Origin: Okamejei kenojei
Lineage: Eukaryota
Direction: 5' to 3'
NCBI GenBank assembly: GCA_035221665.1
Contig: CM069138.1
Span: 43,772,001 to 43,836,000, forward strand
Length of the DNA: 64,000 nucleotides
Part shown: one piece after another, positions 39,401 through 53,700 of the stretch
Layout: each line of letters starts with the position of its first letter
How positions within the stretch are numbered: the first letter of the stretch is position 1
Made by a program: the position numbers and the translations under genes
Notes under the pieces: generated by a model
What the model was told of the DNA's origin: nothing
Databases searched by the model: none
Seen by the model: the letters and a program-made list of their open reading frames with translations, nothing else

Positions 39401-42400
39401 TGGAAGGGAGGGAGAACTCTAGTCAAGTGAGCGATACAGACACTTCACTGTCCTCATCCACTTCTCCGAACAACAGAATTACATCGTATTATAGTGTTTT
39501 TTTGTCACCTTAGCACATTCCACAAACATTAGTCATGGTCAGATGTACAGGAAATAAAGGTTTCTACAGAATGCATCATATCAAAGGCATTTTGTCATAT
39601 GATACAAGATATTACATATTAAAGACATTGGCCATTTCTTAATACCACTTAAATCAATCTAGTTTCCTCTCGTTACTTCCCCCCTCACACACATCGGACA
39701 TTTGGTGCAAGGCATTTTACATATTAAAGACAACGGCCATTTGTCAATATCTCTTACTGGGATCAATCTAACTTCCTCTCTTGTCATATGGTAGACCAAT
39801 GTTAGTCATTCATTATCTCAATACACAGCAACCTGAGGCAAGCCTAGACTTGCCTTTCTGTATTAATCTACTGGAGAAAAGCCTGATTTGAGACTAAATA
39901 TAAGCTGTAAGCTTTTCTTATATTTTTATCTTAATTCAGCCTTATCACCGTGACCTCTTGTTGGTCCGGCAAAACGGATAATCCGGCAGGGCTCTAGAAC
40001 CAAGGGTGCCAGAAAATCTGTGGTGAACTTGCATGACGACTTTTAAAAGACACTTGACAGGCACATGGATAGGAAAGGTTTAGAGGGATATGGGCCAAAC
40101 ATGGGCAGGTAGAACTAGTAGATGGATCATCTTGATCTTGCCAAAGGGCCTGTTTCCATGCAGTAAACTCGATGACTCTTCTCACCAACCGAGTACTGTC
40201 ACAAAGCAAACTTCATTTGGTATTGGTAAACAGAGGGCAGGAACAAATGTAATATTGTATTAAAGGGTGGCACAGTGGCACAGCTGGTAGAGCTGTGATC
40301 TCACAGTACCAGAAAACCTGACCTTGGGTACTGCCTATGCAGAGTTGCATGCTCTCCCTGTGATTGCATAGTGGAATGAACTACCAGAGGCAGGCACTAT
40401 AACATTTAAAGGACATCTGGATAGGAATATGGACAGATGGGTTGAGAGATATGGGTGAAATGTGGGCAAATTGGGATAGCTTAGATGGAGAAATCTTGGT
40501 TGGCATGGATTAATTGGGCCGAGAGGCCCGTTTCGATAAGTGGCCCAAGTCAAAACTTAACAAAATGGCAATACCTTTCCCCACACCAACACTCCTAAAC
40601 CAAGCCTAGGTCCTCCAGCAGCTTGCACTAAGCTCCAGATTCCAGCATCGCACAATTGTGCAGCAGTAGAATTGATGCTCTACAGCGCCAGAGACCCGGG
40701 TTAGATCCAGACCTCAGGTGCTGCCTGTACAGAATGTTACGTCCTCCCCATGACCAGGTGGGTTTTCTCCGGATGCTCTAGTTTCCTCCCACACGCCAAA
40801 GACGTTCAGGTCTGTAGGTTAATTGGCTTTGGTAAAGATTGTAAATTGTCCCTAGTGTGTAGGATAGTGCTAGTGTACAGGGTGATCGCTGCTCAGCATG
40901 CTCAGTGGGCCAAAGAGCCCGTCTCCACACTGTATCTGTAAACAAAACTAATCTGCAGTCTCTGGTATCTCTCAGCTTCACATGGTGGACCCTTGCTTCA
41001 AAGCCCCCACAAGAGAGCGACTCACCATGGCAAAGCCACGTACCTCAACTCGATTAAACTAACCAATGGCAGGAACTATACCAGAGGACCTGTGTTAGTG
41101 GAGACTGATGGGTGGGAGGGGAGAAGGGGACCAGTGTCCTTGCACACTGCATAACTCCAACATTCAGCAACTAGGATCTGCTATGGACTGTCTGGTTATA
41201 CCATGGACTTTGGGTTTACACTAGTATGATTATATATCCATTAATGTATTTATTTTAGAGAGACAGCATAGAAACAGGCCCTTCTGTCTCGCAAGTCCAC
41301 ACAGACCATCGACCAACTGCTCACACTAGTTCTGTTGTTTCCACTTTCACATCTTACACACTAGGAGCATTTTTTTTATTTTTACTGAAGACAATTAACC
41401 TACAAACCTGCACCTCTTTGGAATGTGGTAGGGAACTGGAACACCCAGAGAAAACCCACACGATCACAGGGATAATGTACAAACAGCATGATAATTAAAT
41501 GCTCTTGACCAAGGCTATATAATAATAGATCATTCTAGGGCGATAAATAATCCTAAACACTGCCTGCGCTAAAAGACTTCAAAGGCAATCCAATAGCCAG
41601 CAATGATGTGAAATAGTCTCATCGCAGTGTGTTAATCACGAACGGATTGGCCTTCCGATGCACAAAGACACTAAGGAAGCAAGACTGGGCCACATTACCT
41701 TGGCTGCCTGGATGTCCCTCACATAATATCTCAACAGCTCCGTTAGCTTCAAGTCTTCATCACTTGACACTCTTCCTTCTACTTTCTATGGAGGAAGAGA
41801 GGAGAGGATTGGGGTTGGTGGAAGAAATTGGCAGTAAATGGAAAATATTTTATAATTAAGTTCCCAGTGATTAACACCCTGGCTTAAATATTTGATATGG
41901 CACGAGCTTTATATAAACTGGAACTGCTTCCCGAAATGAGAAAGTGCCAACCAATTAATATGGCTGATTCAATCACCAAACACCATCTCAATTCAGGGGC
42001 TATGGAGAATGGACAATAAACGCTGGCATTGCCGACAACAGCTACATCCCACTAATTGTCCAGGAATAGGCAAAAGCATCAATGGTGATCAGGATAACAA
42101 AAACTAAGATCTCTACCAATTCCATCTGAGCAGGAAATTAGCTCAGAGACCAGACAGGCCACCTTCCCCATTCCTAATAGTACTTGCCCTGTACCAGCTA
42201 CACAGCATCAGGCATGTTTCTAGTAGTGGGAGAGTCCAGGACCAGAGTGCACAGCCTCAAGATGAAATGATGTACCTTCAAAATAGAGAGGGGGAGGAAT
42301 TTATTTTGCCAGAGCTTGGCAATTCTGTGAATGAATTACCACAGACGGGTCTGGAGTTTAAGTCATTGTGTATTTTTAAGGTGGAAAATGATTGGTTCAT

Positions 42401-45400
42401 GATCAGAAGGGCGACAAAGGTTGCAGAAAACAGGAGAATGGGGTTACAAAAAAATAGATCAGCCATGATCAAATGGTGCAGCAGACTCAATGGGCTGAAT
42501 GGCCTACCGCTTATTATCTTAGGGATAAAACAACACACACTTTAAAGAACCTCTGCCATCTTGTGGTTTGTAATGAATTTCTTTTGGACTTGAAGACCAG
42601 TTACTGTGTAGCAATGTTACACAATTTTGAGATTAAAAAATCAAGTCTGCAATTTACCCCATCAGATAAAGCATAAAAATAAGTTTAATTTGACACCTAA
42701 TTCACTTTCATATCTTCAGTATTAAAAAAGTTATGGCCATTTTCATACTCGGAAATTAGCATCTTGTTCCCCATTGCCTTTCCATTGACATAACACAAAA
42801 GCTGTGATCTAGGACAGTCAAAAGCCCATAACTTTCTTAAAAATTAAGAGAACTCAATGACATTCTCAGTTATTATAGATTGAAGCATTCTGAAACAAAT
42901 ATTAAACAATATTACTTGGATGACCCAAATTAAAGCATATAATTAGTTAGTTACCTAATTGTAGCTAATTACAAAATTCAATTATTAGATCTAAACATCT
43001 ATCCATTTCTTAAGAAAAGATTAAAAAATTTTAATTGCCTAAGTGTCCAAATAACATTCACACAATAATTCACAATATAACATGATTTTTAAATCTCATT
43101 TTCATGAATTTATAGGCCAAATAGAAGGAATTTAGTGCTTAATTAATGGCAAATCAAGTTGCGAGTGGGTTTTAGTGGAACACGGTGGATTAGAACGTTG
43201 CGGTTTGCGGTGAAGTCGGCATGAAAAACACTGCCGGTTCATACATTTTTTTTTGTCCCCATTTCGCAACATGAAAATGTGATTAAAGGCTTCCTAAAAA
43301 CCAAGTTTTAATGGAAAAATAAACTGTGTACTTTATTTTCTCCCCTACGTAAAATCCTTCCCGTTGTCGGCACTCACGGCTTTAGAAGATGATTTTTAAA
43401 TTACTCTAGCTAATAAATAATCTAGCGTAATTTAAAAATACCTTCATGAATGAAATGTCGGAGCGATTTTTCTTCAGCAACGAAATCCCCTGACATGGAT
43501 CGATTTGCCCTGTCTGTGGAAAAACGGCGCGCCAAAGTCACACACACGGGGAGTGGCAGAACTGCAGCGCTGCTCAAGGTAAGTTTTGTAACATACCTAT
43601 ACTGTGCATTAATTTTTACAAAAAAGGAAGCTCAGGAGGTAAAGTTGCAGCAAGTTAATTCACTGTCTCCATTTCCAGAGCTATCGTAACTCTGAGCTGC
43701 TGGGAATATCTCTCAGCCTCTGCTGTTACAGAACCTACCCAATGGCTCACGATTACAGGTGGAGGCTGGCTGGTTCATTAGTTCTCCTCGAACAGTCACC
43801 TAGCAAACCAGCTCTCCAAAACTTGCCAGTTGTGGAAAATGAAAGTGGTAACTGAAGCAAATTATTGTTCTCAAAATTGACTTGCTTTCCCCAGAGGATC
43901 TTGTGCAGAACAGCACATTAAATACAGGTCACTGTAGGGAAAGGAGGTTGTCAAGCTGGAAAGAGCACAGAGAAGATTACAAGGATATTGCCAGGACTCA
44001 AAGGCCTGAGCTATAGAGGTTGGGCAGGCTAGGACTTTATTATTTGGAGCACAGGGGGCCAATGGGTCATCTTACAGACGTGTATAAAATCACCCAATTT
44101 CATGAGTGATTCAATCATGAAACTACCTAATAGACATGGTGAATGCAGGGTCTATTATCCCCTCAGTGTAGAAGAATCAAGAACCAGGGATCGTAGGTTT
44201 ATGGCGAGAGGGAAGAGATTTAATAGGATCCCCCATAGAGGATAATGAGTACATGGAACGAGCAGTCAGAGGAGGTAGTTGAGGCAGGTACTAAAACAAC
44301 ATTCAAGAAACATTTGGACACGTCCATGGATAGGAAAGGTTTAGAGGGATATGGACAAAATGGGCCAGTTTAGATAGAGCATCTTTGTTGGTATGGACGA
44401 GTTGGGCTGAGGAGTTCCTGGTCTCACTTGTGCCTTAATTCGGTGAATTTAAACAATTATTCTTCAATCACATCTTAAATAATCTAGCTGGAAGAGTTAC
44501 TCTGTCAAAGGATTGTTGCAGCAGGAGAAGCCTTTTTCCATGTCATAGGTGCAGAATTAGGCCAATCAGCCCATTGAGTCCACTCTGCCATTCAATCATG
44601 GCTGATCTATCTTTCCCTCTCAATCCCATTCTCCTGCCTGAGTCTAAAGAGCATTTTGTTCTTTTAGACCTGTAGCCCCAAGCAAAATAAAACAGTTTCT
44701 GGCAAGTAGAATTAATGTAGGAGAACAAGGATAAATCATTTTTTATCAGGCAAGGTTCTTGGTCCTCCAAAATATTCCAAATGGAATTTAAACTGGAGAT
44801 GATGGAGGGAGGACTTAAGCCAGAAAGGGTTTTTGGGAAGAAAGAGCTACCTTAAATTTAGTTGTATCTGGTTGGGTAACTATAGGAGGGTGGAGATTAT
44901 TCCATGCTTTAATAGTGCGTGGGAAGAACAAATTGCTGTACACATCTGTCTTGGTAGCTGGAATCACAAATTGGATAGAATGCCCTCGTCTGCTCATAAT
45001 TGGTTTGGGTTTGGTGTAGGTCTTGTAATCTATACTGAGCTGACCATTTAACATTTTGTAAAAACAGGTCAAACAGTGAGCTTCACGTCTGTCTTGGAGA
45101 GGGTTCCACCCCAGAGAATTCAGAAGTATGGTAACACTCGCTTCTCTCTCATAGGAGTTAGTAACAAATCAAGCTGCCTGTCTTTGGACACGTTCGCTGG
45201 AAGAAATATTCTTATTTGTGTATGGTTCCATGCTGCAACTGCGTAGTCCAAATGAGGTCTAACGAGGGTGAAGTATAGCTTCTCCTTCACAGAAGTTGAA
45301 CAATGATGAAAGTTGCGCCTCAGAAAATTTAGGACACCTGTTGCTTTCACCGTTGCATATGTGTCTGACCATTCCAACGCAGATCATTCTGTTGCAGCCT

Positions 45401-47679
45401 ACATGTTCTCCATGGACATACTGAAGAATGGGAAGGACTAAAGGGGACAAACAGCCAATCCATAAAACTACTGCACAGAATGAACTGGGGACAGCTACCC
45501 TGATGTGATCCATCCTTCACATTTCAGTGATCCAGACTTACCCTCAGTCTTTCAAATAGCTCTGCCAGCTTCATGTAGTGACTGGAAAATAAAAAGTTGT
45601 GTTATTAGCCAATGGCCTAAAGCTGCCTGGTACATTATACGCTTCATGGAGTTTGGTTTGGTTTGTGGATTGTGGAGGGAGCAAAGGAAGGCAGGGTGGC
45701 GCTGAACCATAAGCACACAGTCCCCAATGCTGGACCGGACCAGAACTCTTCCTTCCCCACACTCTCCTTTGGGGCTCAACATTCAACCCCAACACCCACC
45801 TCCCAGTCCCTCAATGGCCACCAGTTCCCACCCATTTAGCCTGCACCTGGGACACCTTAAACCATCGCTTTGCTGCTCCAAAGAACGGCATCCAGAAGTC
45901 CTTTTGCACAAAGGGCTGCTTTGATTGGCAGCTCATGGACCACTCTGAATACCTACCCCAGCCACCACTTTCACAAGGTGCATTGTAGAAACTTTAAGCT
46001 TCTTTTATGGATCTGCCCAGTTCATCACCCAAAGGTCAGACAGGGCTGGAAATACCAGGACCTCCCAAAGCAAAAACCCACGCAATCCAAAATCCAGAAA
46101 CATCCTGAAAGCATGTCAGCACCTTGATCTTCTTTTGGACACCAGCACCAAAACTCATGCAGATACGTGTGAGGTGCTGCATTTTGGGAAGTCAAACCAG
46201 GACAGGACCTTCAGTGAATGGCAAGGCTCTGGGGACAGGGTCCTGTAGAGCAGAGGGATATATGGAATGCAGGTACATAGTTCCCTGAAAGTGGTGTCAC
46301 AGGTAGATAGTCTGAAGAAGGGTTTCGGCCCGAAACCTTGCCCATTTCCTTCGCTCTATAGATGCTGCCGCACCCGCTGAGTTTCTCCAGAATTTTTGGC
46401 TACCTAGGGTGGTCAAGACAGCTTCAGGTATATTGGCCTTCAGTCAGGTAATTTAGAAGTTAGGATGTTACAGTTGCACAAGACATCGGTGAGGCCACTG
46501 TTGTTGGTCAGCAGTGGTGCACCAGTAGAGTTGCTGCCTTACAGCACCAGAGACCTGGGTTCAATCCCGACTACGAGCGCTGTCTGTATGGAATTTATAC
46601 ATTCTCCCTATGACCACATGGGTTTTCTCCGGGTGCTCCACCCACACTCCAAAGACATACAGGTTTGTCGGTTAATTAGCTTCTGCACCTGTCCCTAGTG
46701 TGCAAGATAGAACATGTGCACAGGTGATCACTGGTCAGCATTGACTTGGTGAGCTAAAGAGCCCGTTTCATGCTGTATGACTGACTTGCTAAACCATACA
46801 CCCAGGGAACATTTCTTTCAACAAAAAGACTGCTGCATCCATCCCTGCTGTAGCGAGGTAAACCAATGCAGACAGCACGGACACAGATGTACTCACTGAG
46901 TCAATGGAGACGTTTCTTCCATGCCGAGCTCATTAAAGGAAGAGGATAAGTGAATGTAATCATCAGAAACATCTGGAGAAACAGAGATCGTTGGCAGGAA
47001 ACTAAAAAAAAAGTGCTTGATATTTTGTGTCTTATATAAAAAAAGTTTCAACGTTTATTGGCCAAGCATCTGTGAAGGCAGCCAGCCAATCAATGCTTAC
47101 TTTTGTGAGTTCTTGTCATTTTTTCTGCTTTCAGTGCAGAGTCTTTAATTTTGGTGCCGTATTCCACTAGGAATGTCTTCTCGTGTTCAAAGAATTCATC
47201 CGCATCCTGCCGAGAAAAAACAGGAATTTCTTTGAAAGTTATTGCGGAAGGCTTTGGGAAGGGTTGCTGGCCTAACAGGTCGATGCTCGATACACAGCCC
47301 CCTCCAGCTTCTTAACTCTAAATTCCATTCAGTCCCCCTCTCCCTCATGCACTATCCAACTTCCTCTTAAATGCAGACATGGAACTGCCTCCAAATTCCA
47401 TATGGGTTTTATTAGTGACTATTTATAGTCTAGGTTTAAACAGCTACAATCAAGCCCTTGCAGCCAGGAAACAGGCCATTTGGACCATCTTGTCCCTGCC
47501 AACTAATGGCATACAGTGCTAGTCCCATTCGCCAGTATTTGGCCCATATGCCTCTAAACACTCTCTGTCCATATATCTGTCAAATGTCCTTCAAAACATA
47601 TGGGATGCTAGGTGTGACCCAAAGAAGTATCTCTCTCCTGGATATAAAATATACAAATCTCTCTCCCCCCCCAACCCCC

Positions 47680-47712
<33 letters not shown>

Positions 47713-50700
47713 CCCCCCCAACCTCCCAAAAAATACAACTAGATTTACTGGAAGAAAAATTTTAGATTTAGAGTTAAGCAAGATCACGTCTTTGGAGTGT
47801 GGGAGGAAACAGGAGGACCCGGAACAAAAACACTGTCGCAGGGAGAATTTACAAACTGCGTACAGACAGCACCCGTAGTTAGGATCGAACCCAGGCCTCT
47901 GGCACTGCAAAGCTGAAGTTCTACTGCTGTGTCACCCTTCAGCTTCTAACCGGCCCAGTTCTTCGACCCAACCCATTAACTCTCCACAGATGCTGATTGT
48001 TTTCCAACCTTCTCCATTTTGATTCCAATTTTCTAAATAGCAGGCAGATCACAAATACTTCTATATACAAAACAAAACTCAAATACCTTGGCCCCGGAGA
48101 TGAGGACTTCGTCAGCCGTCTTCATCATGCTCTTTAGAAAGCCACCAAACATCTCCTTGGTGTTTTTCCTACGGACACTCAGCTGGGAAAGGAAGCGGGT
48201 GGGATTAGCCAGTACCAATCAGTCATGATGATGGAGAATCACAAGTGCTTGGTGCCAGTTCCAAGTGTTGTCAGAGGTAGATGTAGACAGGATGGGGAAT
48301 AGATGCGTAGGAAGCTCACACCTAGCAAGAAGATGGATGATGGACCACGGGACGACTGGAATGGAGGCGATGGCTGCAACGGGCCTTTGTGGCCAGCTGA
48401 TGCTGGGACTGTAAAATAGCACCTCTTGCACTTAGACTCAGTGGGGAGGGATAAGCACCAACGTCTACAGGATTCCTTCTAACCACCACACTTCCTTACC
48501 CCGAAGAGATCGATTGGTGTCACCCCCACCTCCCCGAGACCACCCAACCAGAAACATGGGAGACATGGATCAGGTGCAGGCAGAGCAGATTAGTTTAACT
48601 TAGCACCATTTAGCACAGACATTGTGGACCCAAGGGCCTGTTCCCACGCTGCATTATTCGATGTTCTAAGAGGCCATTCGGCCCATCAGGCAGAAGACAG
48701 AAGCTTGAAAGCACGCACCACCGCACTCGGGAATAGCTTCTTCCCCTCGGTTATCATGCGTCTGAACAGTCATTTTATAAGCTGGAGTATTGTACAATTC
48801 ACCTCTACTCCATTATGGACATTGGACTTTCTCTCTTGAACGAATGCACTACAATGCTGAGAACTATATCCCTCACTCTCTCTTCCCCATTGCTCAATCT
48901 GTTGTACTCGAGTTTAACTCGATTGTATTTATAGTTGGTATTATCTGATTTGATTGGATAGCATTCAAAACAGAGCTTTTCACTGTTGCTCGGTACACGT
49001 GACAATAATAAACCTAAATATTATTGCAGAGATGCTGCCATTCCACAGCGCCTCAGTCCTAGGTTTGGCAGAGCATCCATTGCTGGGGAACGCTGAAACA
49101 ACGCAACTGCCCAATAAAAACAGAGGGCCGCAGTCATAATGCCGACTCCTGGGTGACCCCACTGTGGAATTCCCTTCTGCACCCACTGTCTGTCCCCGTG
49201 CCAACTGGATCAATGTCTCTTCCATCCCACAGCCTTGATTTCGCAAACACATCAAAACTGTATTTGCAAACCTTTCCCAGAAACTCTCAGTTACTACCCT
49301 CCACTTACCCGATATTCAAGCTTCTTAAATCAAATTTTCCTACACTATTACAGGTGGCACTGTGGGTAGAGCTGCTGCCTTACAGCTCCAGAGAACCCGG
49401 TTTAATCCCAACCTCGGTTGCAAATTCTCCCTGTGACTGCGTGGGTTTTCTTCAGGTACTCTAGTTTTCTCCCACATCCCAAAATCGTGCAGGTTCGCTT
49501 AATTAGCTGCTTTAAATTTGTAAATTGACCCTAGTTCTAGTGTATGAGGTAATCACTAGGTCGGTGGGTCTAAGGGCCTGTTTCTCTGCAGTATCTATTA
49601 AGTTTAAAGTCTAATTTTGAATCAATCAGTTTAATCATAAGCATAAGACTTATTGCAATTTAAACATTACTTGCCACAAGAGATGAAAATAGAACAGAAC
49701 AGCACATGGAACAAGCCCTTTGGCCCACAATGCCCGTGCCCAACATGATGCTAAATTTAAAATGACCTCCTCTGCTCGAATGTGATCCTTATCCCTCCAC
49801 ATCCATGATCCCATCCAATAGCCTTATGATGAAGAGCAATCAAGCTGTTCCCAATTAACTTCCGCCACAGGAGCAAGCAAAGAAATAAAGTCTTACATCC
49901 TGATCATACTCCAGGAAAACGTGGAAGTTGTGGTCGCTGGTCAACACGGGGTGGCTCGCGAGTCGCTGGAGGAAGACTTCGTGATTGGATACCGTCTTCT
50001 TAAAGACAGCCAGGTACTCCCTAATCAAAGTACACAACCAGGACAGTCACTAGATCACAGGACAGTAAATCCTCAATTTAACAGACCATAGGCGGCACTG
50101 GTGTCCGTAAGAGATTATCATTGTACAAGTAGAAACAACTGCAGATGCCGGTTAATACACAAAAGGACACAATGTCATGGAGTAAATGTGATTGTACCTG
50201 CCTCAACTACCTCCTCTGGCAGCTCGTTCCACATACCCACCACCCTGCGTGTGAAAAGGTTGCCCTTAAGCTTCCTATGAAATCCTTCCCCTCTCACCTT
50301 AATCCCATGCCCTGTGGTTCTTGAATGCCCTACCCTGGGTAAAAGACTACATTCACCTCATCTTATCCCATCATACACTTCTACAAGACCACCCTATTCC
50401 AATTGCAAGTTCGCCAAAATGAAGCAAAGATTGCAAAAGCAAAAACAAAATGATTAAACTCACAAACAAAACCACTCCAATTATAGGGCAGGATTCTGCT
50501 TAAAAACAGATTTGGGTAGAAGTAGATTTTAAACAGTTAGATTCCAACAAATTCAGTCTGTGCAACCCTAACCCCTTCCCTCATGATGCCTCCCCCCCCC
50601 CCCCCCCCCCTGTGACGTTCTACCCCTCGCTCTGCATGTTAATCTACCCCCTGTTCTCTCCTCCTCCTGGTGCTAATCCCCAACTCCCACCACCAACCCC

Positions 50701-53700
50701 CCTATGAAGTTCCACCCCTCCCTCTGCGTTTTAATCTAGTCCCACCAGCTGTGCCAAACAAACAGGCAATGGGCAGCTCCAGGCTATCTTACGCCTCAAG
50801 TTCTTGCTTCATTTTACTGAACTCTTCCTTGGACATCGATCCTTCTCCCTCGCCCAGTTTCTGCATCTTCTCCCTTGCCACGTCAAAGTCGGGCTTGGCA
50901 GGTGCTGGGGGAATCTACAGGCAGATAATGGAAGGGTGGTCAACATCAACAGAATTAACACCGCACAAGTCCCCACACACTCCCCATTCAAGACCATACT
51001 ACCCACAACTCCCTCTGCACACCACCTCATTTACACACCCCACACCATCCACCCAAGACCCCCACCTTGTCCACCCCTTCACACTCCCCACACCACCCCC
51101 ACAGGACCACACACTCTCTGCCTTGTCCACCCCCACACTTCCCACACCACCCCCTTCACACTCCCCCCGCTATTGGAAGCACCACTCCTTCCCCATTGAC
51201 CAATTCATGTCCAACCATCTCAAACGCTCACCTGAAACTTGCTCCTAAAGCCAAGATCACTGTGCATTCTCTAGGACAACCAAAGGCATTTACACAGAAA
51301 CAGGCCCTTCGGCCCAACTCATTTATGCCAAACAAGAAGACCCAGCTAAGTTAGTTCCACTTGGCATTTGGCACAAATATTTTCCTATCCGTTGTACCTG
51401 CCCAAATGCTATAAAATTGCTACAGCACCTGCCTCAACTACCTCCACTGTCAGCTTGTTCAATACTCCCACCACCCTCTATGTGGAAAAGTTGCTCCTCA
51501 AGCTACTATTAAATCTTTTTGCTCAGTTTAAACCTAGGTCCTTCTCCCTCGCCCAGTTTCTGCATCCGAAGAACATCCGGTGGCGCTGTTGCTAGCTGCC
51601 TCCGCCCATTGTCTGGCTGTCTTTTTTTATTTTGTTATGTTTAGAGAGTGTTTTTTTAGTTTTTCTTCAGTATTTTATGCGGGGGGGGGGGGGGGGGGGA
51701 AGCGGGTAGGGTAAGGGGAGGGGGAAACCGTCCTTCAGTCGCTTGCTGGCGAGGATGCGGCTATTATCCGAGTTGCGTCCTCACCCCCCCGCGGCCTACC
51801 AGCTGGATTGGCGCGGCCTTTCCTTCAGGGACAGGATCACAGCTTCAGCAGCGGCGGCGAGGTGCTGGAAACATCGCGGAGCGGGCGAGGCCTTCCTGGG
51901 ATCGCCGCATGGAGCCCCTGAGTGCTGGGCCGCTGCTCCAACATCGCGGAGCTGTGGGTGCGGAGCTCCCAACGCGGGCGGCACTGACTTTAACATCGCA
52001 GAGTCCGGTTGAAGGTGGCCGACGAGAAGTTCCTGGCGAGAGGGCCTGAACATCGGGTCGTCCGTAGCGGCGACTAAGGGGTGCTCGGGTGGCCCCGACC
52101 ACGGGTGAACATTGGGGTTGACTGGACTTTGGTTCCTTCCCTCACAGTGGGGTACATTGGTGCTGCTGTGGGGATGTTTGTGTTGTGGACTACTGTGTTC
52201 TGTGTTTTTTTTTAATTTTCTTTTTTTTTTTGAATGACTATGGGGAAAAATAATTTTGTTGTCTCTTCATTGAAGACAATGACAATTAAATTAAATAAAA
52301 TCAAAATCAAATCAATTCTTGATTCCCCAATCTGGTTAAAATTCTGTGAATTCACCTTATCCATTCTTCATGATTATAAACACCCCCAAGATCACCCTTG
52401 AGTGACACCCTGGCAGAGTAGACAATGGGCCAAATGGTCTAATTTGCTGTTTCATGAACACTCATCCATGCAGCAGAGCCCTGCTGCCAACCACTATATT
52501 ACAAGACATAGGAGCAGAATTAGGCCATTCGGACCATCGGTTCTACCCCATTTGATCATGGCTGATCTATATTTCTCTCTAAACCCCATTCTCCTGCCTA
52601 ATCCCCAGAACATTTGACACCGTTACGAATATCAATCTCCACTTAAATATACCCGATGACTTGGCCTCCACTGCCGTCTGTGGCAATTAATTCCTCCTTC
52701 TGTCTAAAGAAATTCCTCCTCGTGTCCTTTCTAAAGGTACGTCCTTTTATTCTGTGGCTATGACCTCTGGTCCTAGACACTCCCACTGGTGGAAACGCCC
52801 TCACCACATCCACTCTATCCACTCTATTTCACTATTCGGTAAGTTTCACCGAGGTTCCCCTCATCCTTCCAAACCTCAGGGAGTACAGACCCAGTGCCGG
52901 TCTAAACACTGGCCACGACCCCCACTCACGATGATCCCAGCGTAGTCCTCATTCTCCACCAGCGCGTCGTGTAGCCACACAAAGTCCTCGTGCTGCCTGA
53001 TCACCGAGACGTCCGACTTCTTGAAGGATGGCAGGGCCGTCTGAAGGAGAGAATGAGTGTAAGTGCTTCCCCCACCAGACCCCAACCTCCCCTCGAGGTC
53101 CGAGACACCCTCTACAATTACCAACTCCACCCAGCTGTTGTGGAGCCCCAAGCCCAACCACTAGGCTTGCAAAGATAAGATCGTTCCCCCCATAAAATTT
53201 GCCATGAGTTCATAAGTCCCAGGGAGCAAAATTACATTCCCACCACAGATGCTGCCTGACCCACTGAGTTCCTCCAGCACTTTACAGAGGCCAATTAACC
53301 TGCAAACTTGCACTCGAAGGGCCGAACGGCCTACTCCTGTACCTATTGTCTTTGAGATATGGGAGGAAACCAGGGCACCCAGAAGAAACCCACACGGTCA
53401 CAGAGAGAACATACAAACTCTTCACCAATAGTACCAGAGGTCAGGATCACACCTGGGTCTCAGACACTGCAAATTGTTAGTTATACACAAACTATCATAA
53501 ATTACTGTAGGCTACAACTGAACCCACTAAGTTTAAAAGGGAGCAAAACAAAACAATTGCTGGAGGAACTCAGCAGCTCAGGTTGCATCTGTGGGGGGTT
53601 GGAGGGAAAACAACAGACTACATTATGGGTTGCACCCTGGCCAAAAGAACAAGGAAATGTTAAAGGGAGTTTAAATGTTAACAGGTATTGTCTGTATGGA

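Noticed and set aside
50670-51354. 192-aa and overlapping His/Pro/Thr-rich plus-strand ORFs
   Set aside because: Antisense of SNX exon 4 plus low-complexity CA-rich intron sequence
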